Below, in pieces: positions 18,121 through 27,485 of a stretch of 64,000 nucleotides of DNA; the stretch's first letter is position 1; every line of letters begins with the position of its first letter. The stretch is from Acidobacteriota bacterium (GTDB lineage: Bacteria > Acidobacteriota > Polarisedimenticolia > Gp22-AA2 > AA152): positions 25,276 through 89,275 of the forward strand of contig JAKEFJ010000059.1 of NCBI GenBank assembly GCA_022616665.1. Reading direction: 5' to 3'. Below the pieces are notes generated by a model, which saw nothing but the letters and a program-made list of their open reading frames with translations, had not been told where the DNA came from and searched no databases. The translations under genes were made by a program, and so were the position numbers.

Positions 18121-19813
18121 ATCCGCTCAATCGACTCAACCAAGGTGGGTCGGGGATGCGAGCGAGCAGGGGGCGCCTAAGTGGCTTTCCCGCGCGGTGG
18201 AGTCTGGAGTCTGGCTGCTGCTGCTCCTCACTCCCCTGGCTCTGGGATCGGTGAAGGAGCGCGACACCGCCCTGATGGAGGGAGCTTGCTTCACCCTGCT
18301 CATCGTTGCGTGGTGGGGTGGATTGAAACGCGAAGGGTTCAAGTTTCCCGCCTGGATCGGGTGGCCCGCCTTTTTTTTCGTTTTGTGGACACTCTTTCAG
18401 GTGGTTCCGCTTCCCCCCCAGGCCCTCCGGATCCTGAGCCCGGGCACCTACGCCGCCTACTCTAAATATCTGCCAGGATACTCCACCGGGGAAAGCCGGG
18501 TCGATGTCCAATCGTGGCTGCTGCAGCGTCACGGCACTCCCTCCGAGACTCTGGCGCCCCGGACCGGGGAACAGACCGGGATGGAAGGCAAGCTTTTCGT
18601 GCAGCCGGGCTGGCAACCGGTTTCCTGGTACCCGTGGGAGACGCTGCGATGGCTTTCCCGCTTGCTGGCCTATGGGGCTTTTTTTCTTCTCGTTGCGGGA
18701 TTCCTCCCCGAGCGCGCGTTGGAGAAACGGCTTCCCTGGCTGATCGTGGCGTCGGGATTCACTCTGTCGCTCTTTGGAATCGTCCAATACCTGACGTGGA
18801 ACGAGAAAATTTTCTGGGTCATCCCGGTCTACCAGGGGCACCCCTTCGGTCCCTGGGTCAACAGCAACCACTTTGCAGGTTACGTGGAAATGGCGCTGCT
18901 GCTGGGGTGCGGCTTGTTCCTGAAAGAAGCAGGGTTTGGCCCGCGTCGGCGCCGACCTCACGATTTTCTCCGGCGGGCTGCCCCCAAGCTGGCGCTCCAC
19001 CTTTTCATGCTCATTCTGATGTCGGGGGCAATCGCCCTGGCGAATTCGAGAGGGGGCATGTTCTCCCTGGCGCTGACTTCGGGCGTGTATTTCTGGCTGC
19101 AGGTCGCCCGAGCCGAATCCGGGAAGCCCCGCAGGATCGCCTGGAAAGCTCTGGCCGTTGTACCGCTTCTGCTCTGTGTTGCGGGTATGGCCTATTACAT
19201 TCTGAAGGGTAGCGAGATTCAGGTGGAGGAAACCGGGATGGAGGCATCGTTTTCGGGTCGCATCAAGGCATGGAAGGGCGTCCTGCCGATGATCGCTGCC
19301 AATCCCCTCTCCGGCACGGGGCTGGGAGCATTTTCGCTGAGTTATCCACTCCATAAGATGTACGGAGACACAATGATTTGGGACCAGGCTCACAACGAGT
19401 ACTTGCAGGTGCTTGCCGAGAGCGGTCTTATCGGCTTCGCGTTGTTCCTCTGGGGTCTGGTGTCCTTCTGGCGAATGGGCCTGTCGCCCAGGCTTTCGAA
19501 TGGCTGGAGACTCCAGCCTTCCGTCTCCCTGGGTGCCAGCCTGGGAGTCGTAGCCCTCTTGTTTCATTCACTGGTGGATTTCAACCTGCAAATCCCCTCG
19601 AATGGTCTGCTCTTCGTATTGCTGGGCGCGCTGGTGGTGGTCGGCAAGGACACCATGGGAAAGGAACGAAAGTCGTCTCGGCCTGAGCAGACGACCTCAC
19701 CGGGAGATTCGCGGAAGTCCTTGTCTGACGCCGTTTTGACGTTGCAGGGGGTTTCCGAATCTCGTATATTGATACCTCCGCCCCGCAGGATTCCCAGGTG
19801 GATCGGCCCGTGA
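18107..19813 (+). CDS. Wzy_C-domain membrane protein (O-antigen polymerase / ligase / O-oligosaccharyltransferase family), copy 1
   Basis: Polytopic. Wzy_C hallmark AHNEYLQVLAESGLIGFALFLW. The true start is probably downstream of 18107. Subfamily not assignable by eye. Confidence 0.7.
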   Translation: MPISESAQSTQPRWVGDASEQGAPKWLSRAVESGVWLLLLLTPLALGSVKERDTALMEGACFTLLIVAWWGGLKREGFKFPAWIGWPAFFFVLWTLFQVVPLPPQALRILSPGTYAAYSKYLPGYSTGESRVDVQSWLLQRHGTPSETLAPRTGEQTGMEGKLFVQPGWQPVSWYPWETLRWLSRLLAYGAFFLLVAGFLPERALEKRLPWLIVASGFTLSLFGIVQYLTWNEKIFWVIPVYQGHPFGPWVNSNHFAGYVEMALLLGCGLFLKEAGFGPRRRRPHDFLRRAAPKLALHLFMLILMSGAIALANSRGGMFSLALTSGVYFWLQVARAESGKPRRIAWKALAVVPLLLCVAGMAYYILKGSEIQVEETGMEASFSGRIKAWKGVLPMIAANPLSGTGLGAFSLSYPLHKMYGDTMIWDQAHNEYLQVLAESGLIGFALFLWGLVSFWRMGLSPRLSNGWRLQPSVSLGASLGVVALLFHSLVDFNLQIPSNGLLFVLLGALVVVGKDTMGKERKSSRPEQTTSPGDSRKSLSDAVLTLQGVSESRILIPPPRRIPRWIGP

Positions 19814-19838
19814 CCGGCCTCAACTCGCCGAGGGTCGC

Positions 19839-21128
19839 ATGAGTTTCAGGAGCGGGAACCGCGCCCTGCTCGCGGCGCTGCTTCTCGCCTTGGCCTGGAT
19901 CTGGACTGCGACGCGGGTCGCGGCGCTTCACATCCGTGCCGAGGCCGAAAGAGCCCTCTGGAGTGGAAGGCTCGAGGAGGCACTCGGGAAGTATCGGCTC
20001 CTGGGGCATTTCGGCCCCTCCGAGAGGAAGGCGCGGGCGGGGCAATTGGAAGTGTACCTCACTCACCTGGAGCGCCCCCAGCAGGCAGATAAGGCGCAGA
20101 CGCACTCCGAGGATAAGATGAGTAGCCAGCTCCAGGAAGTCTTGCGAGGGCAATTGCAGGAAGAACCACTGCGCGCCGAAACCTGGTCCTCTCTGGCGGA
20201 TGTATACGGAGTTCTCAAGCCGGGAAACCAGGCCTTTCGGACTTACAGTCTCGAAGAGGTCACGCGGCCCGCCCAGGACAGGCTGGAAATCGAGGATCTA
20301 CTGCAAATCCGCGCCCTTGAAGTCTCTCTCGATCTCGAATTGAACAGCGTCTATCACCGTACCACGCTGGCCGATCTCGCCTGGCAGCTGGGACTTCGAG
20401 AATTTGCAATGAAACAATATGGCGAGGCGGTGACCATCCTCCCCATCCTGGACAGGCATCCTTTCCTGGCGCCCGGCAAGGTGAGCGACGAGCTGGCGGA
20501 GCTGGTTATTGCGGCGCTCCAGCGTGCGGTGGAGCCGCCTCGGAGTGCCCGGGGGGAACCGGTGTATCGAGGCCTGGGGCAGTTCCTGATGGCTCAAGGG
20601 AGATTTCAGGAAGCCTACGTAGCCTTCCAAAAATCCCAGGAAGTCGCGGGTCGCAGCACCGCCAGCTGGAGAGCCGGGGCCATGGCAGCGCAAGGGCGTC
20701 TGGACGAGGCGATCGACCTGTATCGAGAGGCCATGGTGGCGGAGGTCGAGCCGGAGAATCGTTTTTACGTACTGGCGAATCTGGGAGACCTCCTGGAGCG
20801 CCGGGGACGTCACCGAGAGGCTTCGGAGGTTTTGCGATCCGCGCTGGTGCTCCGGCCTCACAATCCTGGCACGCTCCACCAATTGGGCCGAGTGTACGAG
20901 TCCATGGGCCTCTGGCAGGATGCGGAGGACTGCTATGTCCGGGCCTCCGAGATCGGCTCGGAACGAGCTACCAATCTGGCCCAGTTGGTTTTGTTCTATC
21001 GCAGAATCGGCAAGCCGGATCTGGCTTTAGCACCGGCCCGCAAGCTGGTGGAATTGTCGCCTGACGAGCCGGTGTATCGCCAGCAGATCAAAGAGCTCGA
21101 AGCGGACATCGAAAGCGAGCGGCGCTGA
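19839..21128 (+). CDS. TPR-repeat protein with N-terminal membrane anchor/signal
   Basis: N-terminal hydrophobic segment ALLAALLLALAWIW, followed by repeated 34-aa-like helical units (e.g. GRFQEAYVAFQKSQE, GRLDEAIDLYREAM, GLWQDAEDCYVRASE). Confidence 0.6.
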   Translation: MSFRSGNRALLAALLLALAWIWTATRVAALHIRAEAERALWSGRLEEALGKYRLLGHFGPSERKARAGQLEVYLTHLERPQQADKAQTHSEDKMSSQLQEVLRGQLQEEPLRAETWSSLADVYGVLKPGNQAFRTYSLEEVTRPAQDRLEIEDLLQIRALEVSLDLELNSVYHRTTLADLAWQLGLREFAMKQYGEAVTILPILDRHPFLAPGKVSDELAELVIAALQRAVEPPRSARGEPVYRGLGQFLMAQGRFQEAYVAFQKSQEVAGRSTASWRAGAMAAQGRLDEAIDLYREAMVAEVEPENRFYVLANLGDLLERRGRHREASEVLRSALVLRPHNPGTLHQLGRVYESMGLWQDAEDCYVRASEIGSERATNLAQLVLFYRRIGKPDLALAPARKLVELSPDEPVYRQQIKELEADIESERR

Positions 21129-21136
21129 AGCAAGGA

Positions 21137-22777
21137 TTGATGACGGAGAGGGGAGACATGGTCATTCTGGGAATCTGTGGAGGCATCCGTTCCGGGCACC
21201 ACGATCCAGCGGCTGCACTGTACCGGGATGGCAACTTGGTGGCCGCCGCGGAGGAGGAGCGGTTCCTCCGGATCAAGCACTCGGAGGGTCGACTCCCGGA
21301 AAACGCGGTCCGCTTCTGCCTCGCGCAGGCGGGGCTTTCCATTCGGGAGGTGGACTGCCTGGCCTACGGCTACGCCACCGTGCCGGGCATGGACAAGCGG
21401 CTGAAGGACTATTTCACCCTCAAGTTTGGGTATTGCCCCGAAGTCCGACTGATCCGCCATTTCATGGCCCATGCGGCCAGCGCCTACCGGGTCTCAGGCT
21501 TTCCCGACGCCATGATCCTCAGCGCCGATGTCTCGGGAGATTCGGTTTCCACGCTGTTGTCCTTCGGCAAGGGGAGCGAAATTCGGGTGGTCAAGTCCAT
21601 CCCGCGACCCAATTCGCTCGGCATCTTTTATTCGATGCTCACGCAGATTCTCGGGTTTCAGCGGGACAATGACGAGTACAAAGTCATGGGATTGGCCTCC
21701 TACGGCAAACAGGAAGTGGACCTCTCCTGGCTGCTGCAATTCAACAGAGGAGAGTACCGCCTGAACTACGAAGATTATATGGTGCCGGTGGGGCCCAACC
21801 AGGCATTTCCCTCCAAGCAGGAGGGGATCTACTCGGATCGCCTGGTTGAGCGATTGGGACCGCCGCGGCTCAAGGAGGAGCCCCTCACCCAGCGGCACAT
21901 GGACCTCGCCTTCAGCACCCAGAAAACGCTCGAGCGGGCCGTTACCGAGCTGGTGAGGTGGCTGCACGAGCAGAGCGGGAGCCGAAACCTCTGCATAGCC
22001 GGAGGGGTGGGCCTCAACTGCGTCATGAACCAGAGGCTCCTGGCGCTGCCGTTCGTGGACCGGGTCTATGTGCAACCGGCTGCGAGCGATGCGGGGACGG
22101 CGATTGGCGCGGCCTTGGAAGTTCTGGCGGAGCGGGGTGTGCAGCCCGAGACGATGACCCATGTGTACACCGGGCCCTCCTTCAGCAACGACGAATTCCA
22201 GCGGGCGCTCGAGAGCTACAAAGTCAGCTACCGGCGCGAGGAGGATGTTTGCCGATTCACCGCGGAGAAGCTGGCCGAGGGATGCATCGTCGCCTGGTTC
22301 CAAGGGGCGATGGAGTTCGGTCCGCGGGCGCTCGGGAACCGTTCGATTCTGGCGGATCCGCGAGACCCTGCCATGAAGGATCGGATCAATGCAACCATCA
22401 AATTTCGTGAAGATTTCCGCCCCTTCGCGCCCGCGGTCCTGGAAGAGAGGGTCGAGGAATACTTCAGCGACGGCGTGCCGTCGCCGTTCATGACCTTGAC
22501 CTTCGACGTACGGCGGGAAAAGCAGGCACAGATCGCGAGCATCACCCACGTGGACGGGACGGCCAGGATTCAGACCGTCAGCCGCGAGACCAACCCCCGA
22601 TTTCATCGAGTCATCTCCGAGTTTGAAAGGTTGACCGGCGTCCCGATGGTGATCAACACCAGCTTCAACGTGAAGGGCCAGCCCATCGTCTGCACTCCAC
22701 GGGATGCAGTCTCCACCTTTTTCATGACCGGGATGGATCACCTGGTGCTCGGGGACTATGTACTCTCCAAACGCTAG
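21137..22777 (+). CDS. NodU/CmcH-family carbamoyltransferase
   Basis: ILGICGG..HDPAAALYRDGNLVAAAEEERFLRIKH N-terminal block, GGVGLNCVMN, C-terminal HVDGTARIQTV and NTSFN blocks; 546 aa. Confidence 0.85.
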   Translation: MMTERGDMVILGICGGIRSGHHDPAAALYRDGNLVAAAEEERFLRIKHSEGRLPENAVRFCLAQAGLSIREVDCLAYGYATVPGMDKRLKDYFTLKFGYCPEVRLIRHFMAHAASAYRVSGFPDAMILSADVSGDSVSTLLSFGKGSEIRVVKSIPRPNSLGIFYSMLTQILGFQRDNDEYKVMGLASYGKQEVDLSWLLQFNRGEYRLNYEDYMVPVGPNQAFPSKQEGIYSDRLVERLGPPRLKEEPLTQRHMDLAFSTQKTLERAVTELVRWLHEQSGSRNLCIAGGVGLNCVMNQRLLALPFVDRVYVQPAASDAGTAIGAALEVLAERGVQPETMTHVYTGPSFSNDEFQRALESYKVSYRREEDVCRFTAEKLAEGCIVAWFQGAMEFGPRALGNRSILADPRDPAMKDRINATIKFREDFRPFAPAVLEERVEEYFSDGVPSPFMTLTFDVRREKQAQIASITHVDGTARIQTVSRETNPRFHRVISEFERLTGVPMVINTSFNVKGQPIVCTPRDAVSTFFMTGMDHLVLGDYVLSKR

Positions 22778-22900
22778 CGATCTGTCCCGACACCCCTTGA
22801 GCGCATGCCTGCGGGACGCCGTTGGAGGTGACCGCACCCAGCGGGTCGGCTCCAGTCCACCTCGCCGGACACTCACAAACGTGAGCCGGGAGATCCGACG

Positions 22901-25453
22901 GTGAGAATTCTCTTCCACGTGGAGGCCTTGGACATCGGCGGGGCGAACCAGACGACCGTGTCGAACGCCATCGCCATGAGCAAGCGGGGTCACGAGGTTC
23001 ATCTGGCTTCGCGGGAGGGGCCTCTGCTGGAAAGGCTGCTGGCCGCCGGGGTCTCGTACCATCGAGTCGAGACTCGCGTACGTCACCCTAACAAGGCTGT
23101 GGCGCGGTGCCTGGGTGAACTCCTGGATAGGGAGCGGATTGAGGTCGCCTGTCCGAACGGATGGGATAGCCTGGCGGACATGCTCCTGGCCACGGTGCCG
23201 AGGGGCATTCCCGTAGTGCCCACCTTCTCCTCCATCTATCCTGAATACCACCACCCCAGGGTTCCCAAAGCCATCGTATTCAGCGGCGAGTACCGGGATG
23301 CCCTGATCCGCGAGTTTGGTTGGCGGCCCGAGTCCCTGGAGATGCTGATCAGCCGCATCGACACCGACCTTTTCCGCCCGGGCCTGGACGGGAGCGAGTT
23401 GCGGCGCCTGTGGGGAGTGGAGCCCGAGACTCCCGTGATACTGATGGCGTGTCGGTGGGAACCCATGAAGATCGAGGGGATTCGCTTTCTGCTCGACTCG
23501 GTGGAATCCCTTGCCCGGCGCTGTCCACGCGCCCGGGTGGTGCTGGCGGGAGAAGGCCCCCTGGCGGAAGAGATCACTCGGCGGGTGGCCGAGCTGAACT
23601 CCTCCATCGGTTCTCCCTATGTGATCTTGGCCGGAAAAGTGCTGGCGATGGAGAGAGCATTCTCCGCGGCCCAGGTGGTGATTGGCAACGGAGCACGATC
23701 CGGGATGGAGGGGCTGGCTTGCGGCAAGCCGGTGGTATCCGTCGGTCCGTCAGGCCTTGCGGGAATCATGGCGCCCGAGAACATCGAAGATTTTGCCTAC
23801 TACAACTTCGACAAGGGCAGGGTCTACGACGGAACAACCCGGCAGGATCACGAAGCACTCGCCGAGAGTGTGGGGCAGATTCTGGAGAATTCTGTGCTCC
23901 GGGAGCGCCTGGAACTCTTCGGCCGGGATTTCTCCCTGCAGCGGCTTTCGGTGGATTCAGGAGCCGGGCGACTCGAGGCTCTGTTGCGCAGCCAGAAGCC
24001 GCTGGGGAGAGGGGACAGGCTGCGCCAACGCTGGGAGCTTGGACGCGCCGTGGCTTCTTATCTCTGGTTCGCGGGACGCCGAAAACTCCGACGCCTTCTC
24101 CTGGGCTCTCCGGGCAAGTCCCGGTCCACCTTCGAGGATTCCTCAGGGGCGCCGAGCTTCGCCAGGAACAGCGCCACGACCTTTCTAACCGGCGTCTTCG
24201 CCCTGGGGGTGGGAGCGCTGCAGGTGGGGATCACCGCCCGCATCCTCGGCCCGGTGGGGAAGGGGGAGTTGACCGCGGCCCTGCTCCTCCCGATGCTTTT
24301 CACCATGCTCGCGCCGCTGGGAATCGACTGGGCATCCCTCTACCACCTGGGCAAGAAAACGTTCCCCAGAGAGGTCCTGATCCGAACCGTCCTCGCGGCC
24401 CTGCTGATCCTGGGGGGGATCGGTGTTGCCGCGTGTCTGGGAGCCTCCTATTTCCTGCGGGACCGCCTCTTCGGGGGTGTCTCTCCGGCTGCGGTGGGGG
24501 TGGCCGTCTTCACCATCCCGACTCAGCTCGCTTGGTTGTTTCTCGGCGGATTCTATCGGGGCGAGATGCGGATCGGCGAAGCCAACCTGCTGGATGTGGG
24601 CCGTTCAACCCTGAGATTCCTGCTGATCGTGACCGCTCTTGTGGTCTTGCGATGGAACGTCCTTGGGGTCGTCCTGGCCCAAGTGGTGGCCGAGACCCTC
24701 ATGATTGGGTTGGCATTCCGTCACCTTGGCGGAGTTCAGCCGCGGCCGTTGTTCCGGTGGGATGTTTTCCGCAAGCTCCTGGCGTTCGGGATTCAGATCT
24801 ATGGCTGCTCGATCTTCCTCTACCTCAACTACCGAGTCGACCTTTTCCTGGTTCGAAGCAAGCTGGATCTTTACCAGACGGGCCTCTACTCCACGGCGGT
24901 GACACTGGCGGAGATCCTCTGGATGGTTCCCAATTCCCTGGGGACGGTCCTGTTTCCCAGCGTGGCACGATCCTCGGGAGAGGGCCGAGAGGCGCTCACC
25001 CTGGCCATCTGCCGGAGCAGCTTCTGGATGATGGCCATTCTCTGCGGCATCCTGGCCGTGGGAAGGAACCTGGTCCTCAAGATCATCTTCGGCGAGCGTT
25101 TCGTGGAAGCCGGCCCGGCCCTGCTGGGCCTGCTGCCAGGCATTCTAGCCATGTCTCTCCAGTTCATCCTGGGAACCGCGCTCTCCGGCCGCGGCAGGCC
25201 TCTGCCAGTGACCTTGGGGGCCGCCATCGGGTTCGTAGCGAACGTGTTGCTCAATCTGGCCTGGATTCCCCGATACGGCATCCTGGGCGCCTCTCTGGCC
25301 TCCAGCGTCTCCTACACGTTGGTGACCCTCGTGGTCTTGATCGCCTACCTGCGGATCTCCGATTCACGGCTGCGGGATGCGATCCTGCTTCGAAGAGAGG
25401 ATCTCCGTAGGCTGGCGGGAGCGTTCGGAAGGCTGAAGGAGGCGGTGGCGTGA
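22901..25453 (+). CDS. Fusion protein: N-terminal GT-B (GT4-like) glycosyltransferase + C-terminal Wzx/MOP-family polysaccharide flippase
   Basis: Single uninterrupted 850-aa ORF. Residues 1-~370 look like a GT-B enzyme (MRILFHVEALDIGGANQTTV..., GNGARSGMEGLACGKPVV). From ~425 (nt ~24173) there are about 12 hydrophobic spans with Polysacc_synt-like blocks (GITARILGPVGKGELT, GLYSTAVTLAEILWMVPNSLGTVLFP, GILGASLASSVSY). Confidence 0.8.
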   Translation: MRILFHVEALDIGGANQTTVSNAIAMSKRGHEVHLASREGPLLERLLAAGVSYHRVETRVRHPNKAVARCLGELLDRERIEVACPNGWDSLADMLLATVPRGIPVVPTFSSIYPEYHHPRVPKAIVFSGEYRDALIREFGWRPESLEMLISRIDTDLFRPGLDGSELRRLWGVEPETPVILMACRWEPMKIEGIRFLLDSVESLARRCPRARVVLAGEGPLAEEITRRVAELNSSIGSPYVILAGKVLAMERAFSAAQVVIGNGARSGMEGLACGKPVVSVGPSGLAGIMAPENIEDFAYYNFDKGRVYDGTTRQDHEALAESVGQILENSVLRERLELFGRDFSLQRLSVDSGAGRLEALLRSQKPLGRGDRLRQRWELGRAVASYLWFAGRRKLRRLLLGSPGKSRSTFEDSSGAPSFARNSATTFLTGVFALGVGALQVGITARILGPVGKGELTAALLLPMLFTMLAPLGIDWASLYHLGKKTFPREVLIRTVLAALLILGGIGVAACLGASYFLRDRLFGGVSPAAVGVAVFTIPTQLAWLFLGGFYRGEMRIGEANLLDVGRSTLRFLLIVTALVVLRWNVLGVVLAQVVAETLMIGLAFRHLGGVQPRPLFRWDVFRKLLAFGIQIYGCSIFLYLNYRVDLFLVRSKLDLYQTGLYSTAVTLAEILWMVPNSLGTVLFPSVARSSGEGREALTLAICRSSFWMMAILCGILAVGRNLVLKIIFGERFVEAGPALLGLLPGILAMSLQFILGTALSGRGRPLPVTLGAAIGFVANVLLNLAWIPRYGILGASLASSVSYTLVTLVVLIAYLRISDSRLRDAILLRREDLRRLAGAFGRLKEAVA

Positions 25454-25523
25454 AGCCTCGCGGTGACTGGAGCCGCTGGGGCCCTGATCGGGGTCGAGGG
25501 TCCTCGCGAAGAGGAGGAAACCC

Positions 25524-27485
25524 GTGTGTGGCATAGCCGGAATCCTCTCTCTGCGGGGACCGCTGGGCGAGGACGCCGAGTCGCGGCTGAGGGCCGCGGC
25601 GGCCTCCCTGGCCCACCGGGGGCCCGACGACGAGGGGTTCTACCGCTCGGGCGAAATGGGGCTCGCTTTCCGACGTCTCTCCATCCTTGATCTTGCGGGC
25701 GGCCACCAGCCCATGGGGAACGAGGACGGATCGATCCAGGTGGTGTTCAACGGAGAGATTTACAATTTTCGCGAGCTGACCGAAAAGCTGAAAGCTTCTG
25801 GGCATGTTTTCAAAACCCGCTCCGATACGGAAGTGCTGGTCCATCTTTACGAGGAAATGGGGGAAGACTTCGCCCGAGAATTGCGCGGCATGTTCGCCAT
25901 CGCACTTTGGGATTCCCGGCGCCACAAGCTGCTCCTGGTGCGGGACCGACTGGGCATCAAGCCCCTGTTCTACCGGCATGATGCGAATGAGGTGTGCTTC
26001 GCCTCGGAAATCAAGGGCATCCTGTCGATGCTCCCGCCGGAGGTCAGGAGACCCGACCACGCCAACCTCGCCCGCTATCTGGCGCTGGGCTACTTCCCGG
26101 GCACTCGCAGCGGATTCGAGGGAATCCAGAAGCTCGCTCCCGCCCATCGTCTCGTGTTTCAGGATGGCCGGCAGTCCCTGCATCGCTACTGGTCGCTTCC
26201 CGCCATCGAAGCGCCCCCGCGAATCTCTCGGGGGCAGGCGGTGGAGCGGCTACGAGAGCTGCTGGAGGAGTCAGTCCGTCTGCGGCTCATGAGCGAAGTG
26301 CCGCTGGGAGCCTTTCTCAGCGGCGGAGTGGACTCCAGCTGCATCGTCTCTCTGATGCGGCGCATCTCCCCCGATCCGGTCAAAACCTTCACGGTCGGGT
26401 TCGAGTACCCCGAATTCAATGAGATTCCCATCGCCAACCTCGTCTCGACCTCCTTGGGGACGCAGCATCACACTCTGGTGGTCCGACCGGATGCCGTGGG
26501 GTTGGTGGACCAGGTGGTTTCTTCATTTGACGAGCCTTTTGGAGATTCTTCCGCGATACCGACCTATCTGGTCTCCAGACTGGCGCGCCGCCACGTCACT
26601 GTGGTGCTGTCCGGTGATGGAGGGGACGAGCTCTTCGCTGGGTACGGGCGGTATCGCAGCCTGCGGAGGCTGGGAGCTGTCCGCTGGATTCCCCCCGGAT
26701 TGCGTAAGGGAGTGGCGTCCCTGTTGAAGAAGACCGCGCCCGGCTCTTTCCAGGCTCACCGCATCGGTTTTTTCCTGGAGAGGAGCACGAAGAGCTTTCC
26801 CCAGGACTATCTGGATTCGGTGAACTACCTGCGCGTTCCGCACGCCGCGCTGGCGCTGAATCCTGAATGGCTGAACAGCTTCCCGAAGGCTCAGTGGGAA
26901 GTCGGCATGGACGCTGCGCTGAATCCGGTGGAGGGAGCGCAGCGGCTGGATCTCCAGCACTACCTTCCGGAGGATATCCTGGCAAAAGTGGATCGGATGA
27001 GCATGGCCTGCTCGCTGGAGGCCCGAGTACCCCTCCTGGATCACCGGGTGGTTGAGTTTGTGAGCTCGCTCCCTCCAGCGTGGAAGCAGGCAGGGGACCG
27101 CCCCAAGTCCCTGCTTCTGGACGCCGCCGGAAGCTCGCTTCCTTCCCAGGTATGGAACCGCCGGAAGATGGGATTCGGAATTCCCCTGTCCCGCTGGTTT
27201 CGCGGTGAGCTTAAGGAATACCTTGCGGACATCCTCCTGGGCTCGCGGGCGCGGCAGCGGGGAATTTGGAATCCAGCCGGGATGGAAGCGCTTCTGAGGG
27301 CCCATTCCCGCGGGACCTGGGATCTCTCGGAGCATCTCTGGAACTTCCTGACCTTGGAGGTCTGGTGGCGGAAGTACCTGGACCCGGTTGGAACAAGCCT
27401 GGATACTCCAGGGGCGGATGTCACCCGGGCTGAGTTCCACGAGCTTTTCGCCGGCAGAGGGGGGGGCGATGAAGTGGAGCGCTGA
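25524..27485 (+). CDS. Asparagine synthase (glutamine-hydrolysing)-like amidotransferase, copy 1
   Basis: N-terminal MCGIAG nucleophile, PP-loop SGGVDSS, 653 aa. The location inside a polysaccharide locus suggests sugar/uronate amidation rather than Asn synthesis (inference). Confidence 0.85.
   Translation: MCGIAGILSLRGPLGEDAESRLRAAAASLAHRGPDDEGFYRSGEMGLAFRRLSILDLAGGHQPMGNEDGSIQVVFNGEIYNFRELTEKLKASGHVFKTRSDTEVLVHLYEEMGEDFARELRGMFAIALWDSRRHKLLLVRDRLGIKPLFYRHDANEVCFASEIKGILSMLPPEVRRPDHANLARYLALGYFPGTRSGFEGIQKLAPAHRLVFQDGRQSLHRYWSLPAIEAPPRISRGQAVERLRELLEESVRLRLMSEVPLGAFLSGGVDSSCIVSLMRRISPDPVKTFTVGFEYPEFNEIPIANLVSTSLGTQHHTLVVRPDAVGLVDQVVSSFDEPFGDSSAIPTYLVSRLARRHVTVVLSGDGGDELFAGYGRYRSLRRLGAVRWIPPGLRKGVASLLKKTAPGSFQAHRIGFFLERSTKSFPQDYLDSVNYLRVPHAALALNPEWLNSFPKAQWEVGMDAALNPVEGAQRLDLQHYLPEDILAKVDRMSMACSLEARVPLLDHRVVEFVSSLPPAWKQAGDRPKSLLLDAAGSSLPSQVWNRRKMGFGIPLSRWFRGELKEYLADILLGSRARQRGIWNPAGMEALLRAHSRGTWDLSEHLWNFLTLEVWWRKYLDPVGTSLDTPGADVTRAEFHELFAGRGGGDEVER

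Noticed and set aside
23320-25410. 696-aa plus-strand ORF in an alternative frame inside the GT-B::Wzx gene.
   Set aside because: Its translation is an Arg/Gly/Pro-rich string with no hydrophobic spans or motifs. The overlapping frame encodes coherent GT-B and flippase domains. It is an out-of-frame artefact of GC-rich coding sequence.
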